Of a stretch of 64,000 nucleotides of DNA, positions 12,031-24,919 are shown piece by piece. A model generated the notes under the pieces. That model was not told the origin of the DNA. It saw nothing but the letters and a program-made list of their open reading frames with translations, and did not search any database. Position 1 is the first letter of the stretch; each line of letters starts with the position of its first letter. Position numbers and translations under genes: made by a program. Origin of the DNA: Paragordius varius (Eukaryota > Animalia > Nematomorpha). Location of the stretch: positions 1,240,001 through 1,304,000 of the forward strand of contig OZ176058.1 of assembly GCA_964247055.1 (NCBI GenBank). The letters are read 5' to 3'.

Positions 12031-13554
12031 GTATAACATAAATAAATTTGAAAGGAGAATAGCATACACAACAAAGGGCAATATTATTGGCTTGGATTTA
12101 TTTATTTCACTTTTTACTATTATTAACCAATAATAATTCTCTTTGCTGCTGAATATGCTATTTGGCAATAATTAATAACTTTCTCTCAATTATACCTCAT
12201 ACTGTAATAAAATCTACCAATTATAATAAAATATAATTTTATATATCCATACATATATGACGAATTCTCCTTCCTAATTTCTATTTAATACCGAAAGGAT
12301 ATATAAAAATTTAAGAATAAGTGAGCTTTAACCCCTGGGATAAAAAACTAGCTCAAAATGTAATATCTTACAAAAAACGAAAAGGTAACGAAGTGTTACT
12401 GTAAAGCATTTTTTCTCATTTATTGCCCTGAAAGTGATAAAGCCCCCTAACCTCTCAATTACGTCCCATTCTGTCTAAAAGTTTTAAAAAATTATATTAA
12501 CAAAAATCTTCTTTGTGAAACTATCTTTGAAAAACGTTAGGATCATTCGTAATACATATATAAATTGAAATATATGATCTATTACGGTTTAATATTAATA
12601 GTTGGGGAATAAAAAATTTTTTGACTTGATTTGCAAGATTTCGATGTCATGGCTTGCTTTCATATGATAAAATAATTTCATATCAAAAGACTTAAGTTAA
12701 GCAAGAAAATGATTTGGAGGTGATATAAATCATATGATCAATTAAAACTTGCAAGGGTGGTGTAAGACAAACTGACATATTAAAAAATAAGGATATTGTA
12801 TTTTTGAAAACCATTAATATATATTATTTAGGTTTTGTATGTAATAAAAACCTTTGTCATTGCTATAAACTGTTTATTTGATAATTTTTGGCTAAATATT
12901 CGAATTGGGTGGATGGAAAATTTTAGAAAAACTTTGTTAATATTTAATAATAGTGCATATAAAAATCTAAATTTATTAATTTCGTGACCTTTTATTCGCG
13001 AAATATCTTAAATATTAATATTGTTTAAATTTTTTAATCCTTGTTTTACATAAAATAATAAAGGCTGATTTATCATTAAAGCATATAAAGAGTTTATTTC
13101 ATGTAGTTCGAATGTAATTTTGATAATTAAATAAAAATAATAATATGTTGATATATTGGTTAAACATATTCCTATTATATTTGCGAATGACTTCATAATA
13201 AGTTATGTGGTAAAATAATTAAGTTTTCTAAGGGCGAATGGTTTCATCAACTTAGATTTTTAGAGGCTCAATATTTAGAATTTAAAATATTAAATAAGAT
13301 ACGTGTCAATTAGTTTAAATTACTCCAATAAATGCATATGTTTATTTTTCTTTGGCTGTATTGGATGATCAAAATAATTTCCGTAAAATTCGAATTGGGT
13401 GGCAAAAATGTGTTACATTCATAAGCAAAAAACTTGACTTAAGTCATTTTATAATCACCGATCTTCAAGTGTATACTTGATGGCTTAAGTAAACTTTGTC
13501 CACCCTCGGTTGACTTACAACTCTGCAACATTTTACCCAATCAATATTATAGAC

Positions 13555-14906
13555 CAGTGATACTCAAACCGCGGCCCGCGGGCCGCATGCGGCCCTAAGG
13601 GTGCTTTAAAATTGCTCTATGACCATATTGATACTTATTTTTTTTTTATTCATGTATTTTTAAAATACACATAAACGAATTTTCGCTTATTTTAATATTA
13701 ATTTATTTTCTTTAATTTAATTTTAGTATTTTGATTTTTTACCCAATTCACAATCTAGAAAAATTTTCCTACATTAAAATGATTATAAAAATTTGGCACA
13801 TTTCTGTATTCTATTTTTTTTCCATTTTGAATTTTTATTGCATTCCTTTTATTTGCGCAAGCCTGCATATACACACTTTTCATTGCTACCCTACATCATT
13901 AATTACAACTCCTTCCCACAAAATATTTTTCAAATCAATATCATTAATTTTCGACCTCTTTTTTATAGCATAACTCAAATTATATTCCTATTTTTTTGAA
14001 AAAATTACATTATATTTAAACATAATAAAATTAAAGGATGACATCTAATGCTAAAAAACGTAATTTATCCTATGAAAATCGCTCCTTTCAAAAAGAATGG
14101 GAAGAAAAATTTATTGTCGTTTTAAATAAAAATGTTATTACCTGCCTTATATGTAAGGATAACATAATTATAAAAAAATACAATATAAAAGACATTTTAA
14201 AATCCATCATTCTCATATATTCTTCGTTGATTATATTTTCGTTGCAAAATTTCACGAAGATACATTGTAATGTTGAACTAATAGTGCTAGAACCAATAAA
14301 AATAGCAGTTTTTTAGACCCAAAATATAATTAGACATCAATGCGTCGAGCACATGTTGAATCAGAAAGTTGAAATTTTTTAATTTGCCTCATGATTTTTA
14401 TTATGGAATTTATCGAATAAAAAGGGCAACCTTTTTTAGATATACTTTGATTAGTTGGGAATCAGTAAACGGTTTCATATTTTTCCTAAATATCAAATTT
14501 TATATAAAATTTAACAGAAAGTTTGACGAGGAAATTAATAGTGACAGATGGTGGGTTTTATTAGCCTACCTTTGCGATACTTATAAATATAATATTTTTA
14601 ATACAAGTCTTTAAGGGAGCAAAATAATAACCAAGAAAAAATAATAATATATAAACAAGATTTTATCAATAAAACACCCCTATATGTTCCAACACTTAAA
14701 ACGATTGAAGAAAATATGGAATTAACCGCGGAGATTAATTTAATAATATACAATCTAACATTTTTCTAGCTCTATCAAACGTAAATAATTCGTACATTGA
14801 CTTGGTATATACACATTTTATATTAGTAAACAAAATATTCCACGAAATCGGGATATAAGTAAAAATTTATTTGTAATATGAATAATATATTATTTGTGTA
14901 ATTGCC

Positions 14907-14937
<31 letters not shown>

Positions 14938-15680
14938 CAGTAATAATTATCTATCAATATTGTTTATAAATATATGAGGAGCTTTTTATTGCCATATGTT
15001 TATTTGACTAATATAAATTTTGATTTAAATTAGTTATTAATTGGAAAATAATTTAATAGGCATTATGAACGGAAAATCGTTTGATATAGTCTGTCTTATT
15101 CCACAGTGTTTGTAATTTAAGTACAACAAAGTGACGATAAGATTTGTTAAATGCAAAATTTATGTAGAATGGAGCCTGAAATCTTGCCTTTTCCCCTATA
15201 TTCAAGGAGAATCTTAGAGAATAGGGATATGTAGAGTTTTGGCAAGATGTGCCAAATAAAAATAAGTATAATAAATGTGCTCAAGTTATCCTAACTGTTT
15301 TTCTCTCAACTTAGGCGTGTGAGATGGCATATTCTTAAATGAAGTATGTCAAGAATACATACAGTAATCGCTTAACCGATGATCATATGGACGACGTATT
15401 AAGATTGGCCTGTCATGAAGCAAATCTAAATTTAAAAATTATCGGTTAATATCAAAATAAATGTTGCTATCAATATATTTTAACTTTTTAAACTAAATGG
15501 TGCGTAACGAGTTTTTAGCTGGATTTACTGCGATCCGCAAAAAATTCATGCTGATTTAGAGTATTAATGTGTGCATATGTGTCAAATCGCTGTGTAATAT
15601 TTGCCATTATAAGGTTCATGGCCCTCGAAAAATAAATATATTTTATTTGGCCCTTCAAATTTTTTTGGTGAGTACCACTG
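13555..15680 (+). mobile_element. hAT transposon relic (Buster/SPIN-like), 2126 bp
   Basis: TIRs CAGTGATACTCA / TGAGTACCACTG; exact 8-bp TSD TTATAGAC (13547-13554 and 15681-15688) with central TA; subterminal GCGGCCCGCGGGCCGC. 14038+ encodes ENRSFQKEWEEKF..CLICKD (GTF2IRD2/SPIN-like N-terminus) and ~15320-15430 encodes CEMAYS*MKYVKNTYSNRLTDDHMDDVLRLA (hAT dimerisation domain). Confidence 0.9.
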
Positions 15681-15796
15681 TTATAGACCACCCGCCTCTC
15701 ATAAATGCCTTTTACAAGTTTAAAATGACTTGACGTTTGTGATGATGTCAACAATCACTTACAACTTTATATTGCCATTTAAAAATTATCAGAAAA

Positions 15797-17922
15797 ATGA
15801 CTACTATGCAATTAACAAAACATATATTGATTGTCATTGCATGTTTTGGTATATGTAGCATGGCTACTCCTACGAAACCAAGTTCTAAGGCTGAAATCAT
15901 TAAATCTATACGTAGTGTAACAAAAACAACACTTGGTAGAGATTTTACAAACATTACAACAAACGGTAATCATTATTTGATAAATGCCTTAAAAGGGTTA
16001 GCAAATGAGTTAGTTGGTAAGCATTCCTCCCCCACACCAAAAGCTATGTATGTTACACATATGTTGGATAATAATCAAACGTACCTTGAAACATTGGCAA
16101 CAACTCAATCCAAAAAGGTATGTGGTTAAACCACAAGAAACCTACAATTATTCCACGGTAAAGAATATCATTAAACAAATACGAAACAGAGTTGTGAAAA
16201 AAATACTTGAGCAATCTCCAGCACCTTTCAGGTCTGACACTTTGCCAATCGAATTAGAAACGTCTTATAAACAGTCAAACGATTTACAATCTTACAAAAT
16301 GGTCGATAACTTAAATAACGGATCTAAAGTATACGAGAAAATACAAAGTTTATGGAATGAACTACTTGTACAAAACATTAAAGCAAACACCCAACAAACA
16401 ACAACCGCCAACCCAGTATACAAGGATAACGATCGTGTAATACAAGAGTTATTATTGCAATTCAATCAAGCCTATCAAAATAAAAGTCAAAAGTATGCGT
16501 ATAAAAAATCATTGATATATCATCCATTATCAACCTCGTTGCCGGAACGGAGGCCAAGTCCCACAAATTTTGAAGAAGGTATAACATTAAATTTGTAAAA
16601 AGGAATTATTTAAAAGTAATTATATTTTGCAATAATATTGGTCCACTGATTATGGTAACACAAAAAGATATAGGGTATTAGAGCAACCGATGAGGTTAGC
16701 ATAACAAGGGTAGCTATAAAATAGCACAAGGGTAAGATAGAGATTAAATAATAGGAATACTGGTTATTGATTCTATTTTGATTTAGAACCCCATTTCCAA
16801 ATATATTTGTAACTATCAATGTTATCATTGGTAGCAAAGACAAGATTTTATTTTTTAACATTTATATATATTTTAGATTTTGGTCCTGGTGATTTTCATG
16901 AAAAGCGTGTACCAATTCCTTTGGGAGGATGGCTCATAATATTATTGTTAGTACTCTTTCAGTTTCTCCTTACCTTTGTGCTGGGCTTTTGCGTGTTTAT
17001 GAAGGAGGTGCCATACCGGAGATATTATCTGGTTCAAGATTTGCAAATTTTTTCTGAGGACCCTGAAAATCACGAATCCTATTCACAATCACCACCCCAT
17101 AATAATAAAGGAAATAATCAAAGTATCATTGATAAATCAAGGACAAAAATAAACAATAATAATAATAGTGCTAAAACAGAAAATAGGCATAAAAATGTAT
17201 GGAATATAAATAATGCTGTACCGCCAATACAAGCATTACCATCATCATCAAGCTCGTCAGTTTTGAAAAAAAGTGAGCTATCATTCCTAACAAACGCCAC
17301 CGCCCACGCATTAGACAAGTTTCTCGATCCTGATGAAAGAAGTGTAAGGCAAATTCATTCAGTTGTTTTAAATGTTGACGCGGATGGAAACATGACCCCT
17401 ATTGAATTTATAGTTGCTGATCCACAAAAGCTCGCCTTCTGTACAGAAAGTGAGAATAAGGACAACTTACTAAACAACCCCCTCAATCAAATAAATAGTG
17501 TGAGGAAAACAGAACTAACTAAACATATGTCTTCAACGTTATCAGCTGACTTGAAGGCCAAATATAGGAACGGTAGTCAGAGTAGTACCGCCAATAGCAG
17601 TATCACTTCAACAATCGCAGATTTAAATGATTCAAAACCGCCACCTGCCCAATCCTTAGAAATTAATGAGTCAAGAGAATTGTTAAGATGTAGTACATCG
17701 CAAAGACCGAAAAAACAATCAAAAGTTTTGCATGACAACCGATCAAACTATAAAAGCAAATTATTGGAGCCAGACCGGATCGTATCGACTACTATAGGTT
17801 CAGATATTAATACCAACAACAATATGGTAATGAGTGAAGAACAAAGGTTAATGGTACAAAACCTAAAGGTAATAGCTATGTTTTCAACTATACACGATTC
17901 CGTACAAACGGTCACCCAGTAA
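15797..17922 (+). CDS. Orphan type-I membrane protein (signal peptide, ectodomain, one TM helix, Ser/Asn-rich tail) with one unresolved frame break
   Basis: Signal-like MQLTKHILIVIACFGICSMA. The frame changes near 16112-16117. Phase-1 donor GAAG|GTATAA (16578) joins phase-1 acceptor TTTTAG|AT (16877) across a 298-nt intron. TM segment GWLIILLLVLFQFLLTFVLGFCVF; stop at 17922. No family recognised. Confidence 0.65.
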
Positions 17923-19766
17923 TTAAGTTCCAAATAACTTTAGCTCTTATATATACGCAAACTTTATATAAATTTATCAAAAACTATATATTTTTAGAGC
18001 TATCCTCCATAGTTTTGATGTATATATTTATTCACTGATGCATCGAATAAAGTAACAAAATCAAAATTCATAAATTTATTTCTATGAAGTAACGCACTAT
18101 AAAAATATTATATCAAAGTTATTATACACAAAATTTTTGCCTCATTTATTCGCAAATAAAAAAATTTGATATAATCCATCCCATCCGGTGGTTTAGGTTC
18201 ACCTGTTTTCTTAAAACGTCAGCCCAATTCGAGTTAAAACGGCACATCCCGATTTAACCTAATATAATTTGTGTGTTAACAATAAAATGTTATGATTGGA
18301 GAAAAAGGTTACTAATGGTATCACTAATGCGCTAGTAATAAAATATGTAGACTTTAAAATTCTATTGCACACTTAAAGATGTTTCAGGTAAAAAATGTAG
18401 AATTTCAAAAGGTTTAATCATGGCTCTATTGACCTAGTTAGATCAACCCGCGTAAATTTGCTGAAATAATCGATTGATTTCAACTTTACCTTCATGTTTT
18501 TACCCTTTTCCTCCTAATAAAACATGTTATTTTTGGAAAAAATTGATCAAATAAAATTATGAATGAAATCAAACCATCATAAATATATTTTTTACCGCTT
18601 TAAAAAATAGCAGGTCAAAAATGAACACATGTTTATTTCTTTGGAAAAATATATATAAAATAATTGTATGAGATCATTTTACATATACATTTCAAAATCA
18701 AATTCAAATTCGCCCTTGAACAATTCAAATTCATCCTAATATAAATTAGTGTTTTCGAACTATATAACTCATTATTAATATGAAATACATCTTTATGGCA
18801 TAGTTTATTAATTTTTTAGTATTATTTTAATTTTAAACAAATTTTTTATTTTTTAACTTAAATATATATTTATTTGAGAGTGAATTTTAATTGTTTAAGG
18901 GTGATTTTAAATTGTTCGAGGGTGATTAATTGTTTAAGGATGAATTTAAATTTTAAAAATTATAGAAAACATTTAAATATTTGTTGTTATCAAATTAACT
19001 TATTTTATCAGTCAATTCCGTTTTAGTTATTTTTTACATTATGTATTTAGTATGTTGCATTATTTAATCAACAAGACTGCGATTGACAGCATATATTATC
19101 CGGTCAGGCCGGTTTAAATAAATAATACTACTCAAATATTTATGCTTTAATTAATGAAAAATAATGAAATATTTTTTTTATTTTTAACTTATTAACAGGA
19201 TTTCACGATTGTGTTTAATTTTGAACGATCAAAAATTATTAATTAGCAGTTTATATAAAAATGGGAGAAGTGAGTGATGATAAAATTGTTAATAAAGCTA
19301 ATTCTGAGATTCCACTGTAGTCTTTGGAATAGGTTACAATAAACTAATCCTATTTCATCCTGAATTAATTTTTATCATAAATTTTCTATATAAGTCTATT
19401 TAATTTTAGCAATAAATTAGAAAAAAATTATGTTATATTCTGTCTGCATTAGTCCCTCTGCTCAAAAATTAAAATTAATACGGACAAACGCAAACATCTA
19501 AAGAAGAAATATTTTCTCAAAGATAGCCATATATCTTGATTTATTTTAATATAAATCCCTCTACGTAATTGCAACGTATTGAATGGACTATATATTTTTA
19601 ACACAATCAATTATTTATATTTTACAATAGTATGATTTATGCGAATTTGTCATTTAGAAAAAAATAATCATGTTCATATATTTACTCTCTGTGTAATTTA
19701 AATATTTACTGTTTTATGAATGAAAGCCCATATATATATTTATATATATATATATATATATATTTA

Positions 19767-20456
19767 ATGCCGTCGCGAAGCCATTATGTTAGACACCCTT
19801 AGTATTAATATTAAAAATAAAAATTGTTATTGCGGAATCCAGGAATTTTTGCCTTTATTTTCACAGTAACAACTTTTTGGAACAGCAAATAAAATTAACT
19901 AAAAAATAAAATCACGCTAAAACTTTTAAACTAAATTGGAATTTTAAAATTTTAATATTGTGATAAAAATCATGTTTAGGGAGTTTTACAAAACAGGGAA
20001 TAAAAATTAAATTCGGTAAAAAACTTAACTATTAACGATAATTAAACTAAAATATGGCATTGGAAACAAACTTGCTTTCTAGCTTCACACTTTTAAATAT
20101 TTTTTATAGTAGCTGTTTAATAATCTTTAAAACTTTAAGACCTTTTGGGGTTTACATAACGGACATGGATAAAATTTGAAAATCTTAAAGAATATAAAAT
20201 ATATTAAAAATTTAATATTTTTGAGCGTTAGAGGCGCATTAATTTCATTTACAAAAAATATACAATTGTAAAAAATTATCACTTTTTATCATACGAAACA
20301 TTTATAAAAAACTTTATATTACTGTTTTTCTATAGGGAATTTATTAAAATATTTTTATTTTCTATTTAAATATAGCATATTTGGGAGATTAAAATTCATT
20401 AAAATAACATTCATTTTATATCAGGGATTGATTCAAAAAGACGTGGCGGACAGCAT
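19767..20456. mobile_element. Non-autonomous element inserted in a (TA)n tract
   Basis: Imperfect inverted ends ATGCCGTCGC / GCGGACAGCAT with (TA)n on both sides; the interior is homologous to ~23940-24270. Confidence 0.4.
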
Positions 20457-21404
20457 TTACATATATATATATATATATATATATTGATATTAATATTTTA
20501 ATAAAATTTGATCATAAGACTGTAAAATTGAATGAAATTATACGGACAAAACATGAAAATAAAAAGATAATTTTTTTCAAAACACCGTTCTACCTTTTTA
20601 TACCTGATTTTATAGGTGATTGATTGTTTTACAAAATATGAAATAGAGATGTAAATTGGTTTCACAATTGCGTGTATATTTTACTTTAAGTATTTAGTGG
20701 CATATGATGGTTGTCTAAATAAATATCTGTCTTTATAGTCCGTATAATTTTTGTTTTTACACTAAATTGCAAATGATGGTTGTTTTTTGCCAAAAAAATT
20801 TTTATTATCTTAAAGGTCTGTATAAATTTCATTTCACAAAAAAATTAAAAAAGTTAAAGATAATATATAAAATATAAGTATCCATTTGTTTTATTTTCTT
20901 GTACGTTTTTTAGAAAGAAAAGATATACTGCACATTAATCAAAATTTAAGCAATATAATATACAAAATAATTTTCGGCTAGCTAAAAGCCTAATAAATAT
21001 TATATAACACAGTAAAAATGGACAAAACGTAAAAACATACAGACAAATATTTTATTTGAAAGACAACCATACTTTTCAAAATCTAAATCCTTCATATATA
21101 TGCTTTTTAGTTACAATTGTAAAATATAGAATTGGTAGTAATAATAATATTTTACACTATGCCATTTTAAACAATCAATTATATTAAAAAACCAGATTTA
21201 AAAAGTATGAGTCTTTTAAATAAAAATTGTCTCTACATTTATACGTTTTGTCCGTATAATTTATTGTAATTTATTAAGCTGCATTCACTCTATTGATTAA
21301 TTTTGATTAAGTCTCTTTATAATAACTTTTTTAAGTCAAGCTGGAATAAATAGATGGCGTATTTATAATCCTATATTTGTAGAATGGAAAAATATTTGTT
21401 TTTA

Positions 21405-23254
21405 GATGATTATAATTTGTTTTTAATTGTTTTGATGTTTGATATGTCCACTTTCAACATGCGCATTTTTAAGCCTTAAAATAATAATAGCCTATTTATT
21501 GTAAGAATTTTTAATTTATAATTAAAAGATATTGCAAAATATTATTCATGATGCACAACATGCGCGTATTGTAATTTTTATCTTTTGTAAAATATTAATC
21601 ATAAAATTTTATTAACTCAAAGTTTAAACAAACATAACCAAAATATAATTTAAAAGATAAAAATATTTATTGATAATTATAATATTTAAATAAATTTATA
21701 ATTGTTTTCATTTTCTCGGGGTTTTCTTTGTATACATTCCAACAAAATATGTGAAGATAAATTATAATAATTTTTTAGATTTTTTTCCCTTCTCTCTTCG
21801 CAAAGTCTTGCAATTTTGTTATGCTGCTCTAGAGGGGTACTACACCGGGGTTTTTTATCATATTGATGTTTAATCTCATGAAAAAAACATTCAATGGGAT
21901 TCAGTTGTGGCGAATAAGGAGGTAAATAAACAATTTTTTTCCTTAGCTCACCTACCACCGCGTCTTTGTGAATAGGTGCATTATCGCAAACTATTATTAA
22001 ACTTTCAGGGATTCTTGTTAAACATTCCGTCAAAAAAATTCGAAAATCATCGCCTCTAAAGGCGCCTTCTTTTGTTCTGTAATTAATAACTCCCTGACAA
22101 CCAATCATACATATCAATGAAACATTTTTTCCTAAAATAAATTTAAAGTTTACCTTTGTTAAATCCCTCTACAATAGGAGATTTGCCCTTTGGAGCTCTA
22201 CCCCATATATTTGTAAGTTTCAAACTGAAGCCTGACTCATCAATAAAAAAAACTTTTTCTTGTGGAATTGGAATATCTTTCACCAATCTGGCATAATTAT
22301 AACGCTTTTCTATATTCTCTGGGGTCTTTCGTTCCCGAGGTTGTAAATTACACCTCTTTCAAGTTATTTGTAAATAGTTGTTCTGCATACTTTAATATGG
22401 TCTGGTATTTGTTCCATTAATTCATAGATTGTTATTTCACAATCACTGTTTATTAATGTTTTGACATCATCTATTATTTCTGGATTTCTGAATTTGTTAC
22501 GCCGACCAGATTTATTTCTATCAGTAGAATTTCCAAGAATTATTTTTCTTCCTAATATATTTATAGACGTTAAGGACATATCAAAATAATCCAAAAAATA
22601 ATTTGAGGGTTTTTCCAAATTTTTGGGATCAAAAAATAATTTTTTAGCTCTATCTATTTTTTCCTTATTCCAAAAATTATGTTTTAAAATTTAAAAAATA
22701 TTAATACTTTTATGTTTTATTTTTTCACGAGATAATTTATTTTCATTCAATGGAACATCCAAATCAGATACTACTAATTTTTCAAATACTTGAAGACTCT
22801 TCACTTGTATCCGATTCAAAAGTATAAACTGAGGGAGCTATGATTTCCTTTAATATTGGATTTCGTTCTGAATTTTTATTTTTTAATATAAACCTTCAAG
22901 TACACTAGCTGCCGAGCAAAGAAGAAATAATGGGTTATCGTTGATATTTATAATTTAACTGGATTTATAATTTATTTCTTTATATATATATAGAGATTAA
23001 ATGGACGACATCTGCTTGGGTTTAGTTTATATTTTAAGTGCATGTTAAAAACCCCTAGAAAATGAAAAGAAATATCAAACTTGGTTATCATAAATTACAT
23101 GCGCATGTTGTAGATAAAATGTTCAAGAATAATATTTTGCAACATCTTTTAATTATAAATTAATAATTCTCACAATAAATAGGCTATTATTATTTTAAGG
23201 CTTAAAAATGCGCATGTTGAAAGTTAAAACAATTAAAAACAAATTATAATCATT
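21405..23254 (-). mobile_element. IS630/Tc1-family DNA transposon with ~180-bp TIRs
   Basis: About 21405-21590 is the reverse complement of about 23090-23254; TA at 21403-21404 and 23255-23256; encloses a DDE transposase. Confidence 0.85.
21686..22690 (-). pseudogene. IS630/Tc1 (DDE_3-type) transposase, disrupted
   Basis: Motifs VFFIDESGF, IVCDNAPIH and YLPPYSPQLNPIE. Stop and frame break near 22345-22366 (TTIYK*). A 22-nt GT-AG insertion lies at 22132-22153. Confidence 0.85.
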
Positions 23255-24919
23255 TAAATACGAATTTCTGACAATTCTATATAGACATGACTGTAATTAC
23301 ATTATTACTAAATGTAAATGTATATTTATACTTTTTTTATTTTACCTACTTTATAATTATAAACATATTGTTAAAAGGGTGGAAAAACAAAATTTGGAAT
23401 TAATATTAATGGGATTATTTATAAATTACCTGTTCTGTATTTATATTCTTACTTTAGGCGCCACACGTCGAAAAGTTTTAACTTTTGCATTAAGAAAACT
23501 CAATTTAAACCAAGCAGAGTATTTATTTTTATTTTGAAATATCTATTTACATAACCTTTTTGGTTGTTTTATAATTTTTAGCGTTTAAAATATTAATTTT
23601 ATTGTAACTCATAAAGTGGGATTAAAGTTACAGTAAAAATTGAAGTTATACGGACAAAATGTAAAAATATAAAGAAAAAAATTTTCAAAAGACAATTAGA
23701 TTATTTTAATACTCATTTATTGTAAATATATCTCTTTAAACTGCAAAGTGAATATATATTGGTAAGACAGTCAATTTTTCAATTGATACAAAATGCCTTT
23801 AATAAGATAATTAAAAAGTATGGTTGTCTTTTTTTAAACAAATTGTCTTTATATTTTACATTTTGTCCGTATAATTTAAATTTTTACTGTAAAATTGGTG
23901 AAACACTTAAGTATAAAATTCAAAGTCATTCATTATTAATTTAAAATATGGCATTTGAAAAAATCCTGCTTTCCAGCTTTACATTTTGTTTTTATCAATT
24001 ATTTTTTATTGTAGTTGTTTATTATCTGTAAGGATCTTATGGGGTAGTTTTATAATGCAGAGCGATTTACTTCAAAAATATTAAATGTATTTCAAATCTA
24101 ATTTACTTTCTTGAACGTTAAACAAATTTTTACAAAAATTTAAAATTTAAAAATTCCAATATCAAATTCTTTATACGCCTTATTATACCTAACATATATA
24201 AAAAAATTTTTATCTTATTGGTTTGATTTTCTATAGGGGATTCATTAAAATATTTTATTTTTTAATTTTGAAATAAATTATAAATTCTGAGGTTAAAACC
24301 CTACATAACGGTTTAATTCTAAGGGGAGAGCTGCATTTTTATTATTTATGGTGCATTAATAAATATTTTATTTGATTTAAATTAAATTGTACATACAGAC
24401 AAAACATCAAAATAAAAAGATGATTTTTTTTCTAAATACCGTCTACCTTTTTAAGCATTATTTTTTTATAGGTGATTGATTGTTTTATAAAATATGAAAT
24501 AAAGATGTAAATTGGTATACACAATTGATTGTATTACAATTATAAATTGCAAACGATGGTTATTATTTCAAAAAAATATTTGTCTTTAAGTTTTTTGCTT
24601 TTGCAGTAAAAACTGAATATACAGACAAAAAAGAAAAATATAAAGATAAATATTTTTTTCTAAAAGGCAACCGAGTTTTTTTGTCTCATATATATAATTA
24701 CAATTGTAAATCATTTGTATGTGTGACCAATATACATATCTATTTTATACTTTGCAATTTATAACAATAAGTTATTTTTTTAAAAAAATGAAGTTTACAA
24801 AAGTATGGAAAACATTTGTCTTTATATTATGTCCATATAATTTCAATATTTACTGTACGTGTGTAATATTTCAGCAAAAAAAATAGAAAGGTGAAAGATA
24901 TTAAAAATACAAAATATAT

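Noticed and set aside
16610-16861. Hydrophobic 83-aa minus-strand ORF resembling a membrane protein
   Set aside because: It lies within the predicted 298-nt intron of the plus-strand gene and has no recognisable motif or partner exons. AT-rich DNA readily gives I/L/F/Y-rich ORFs.
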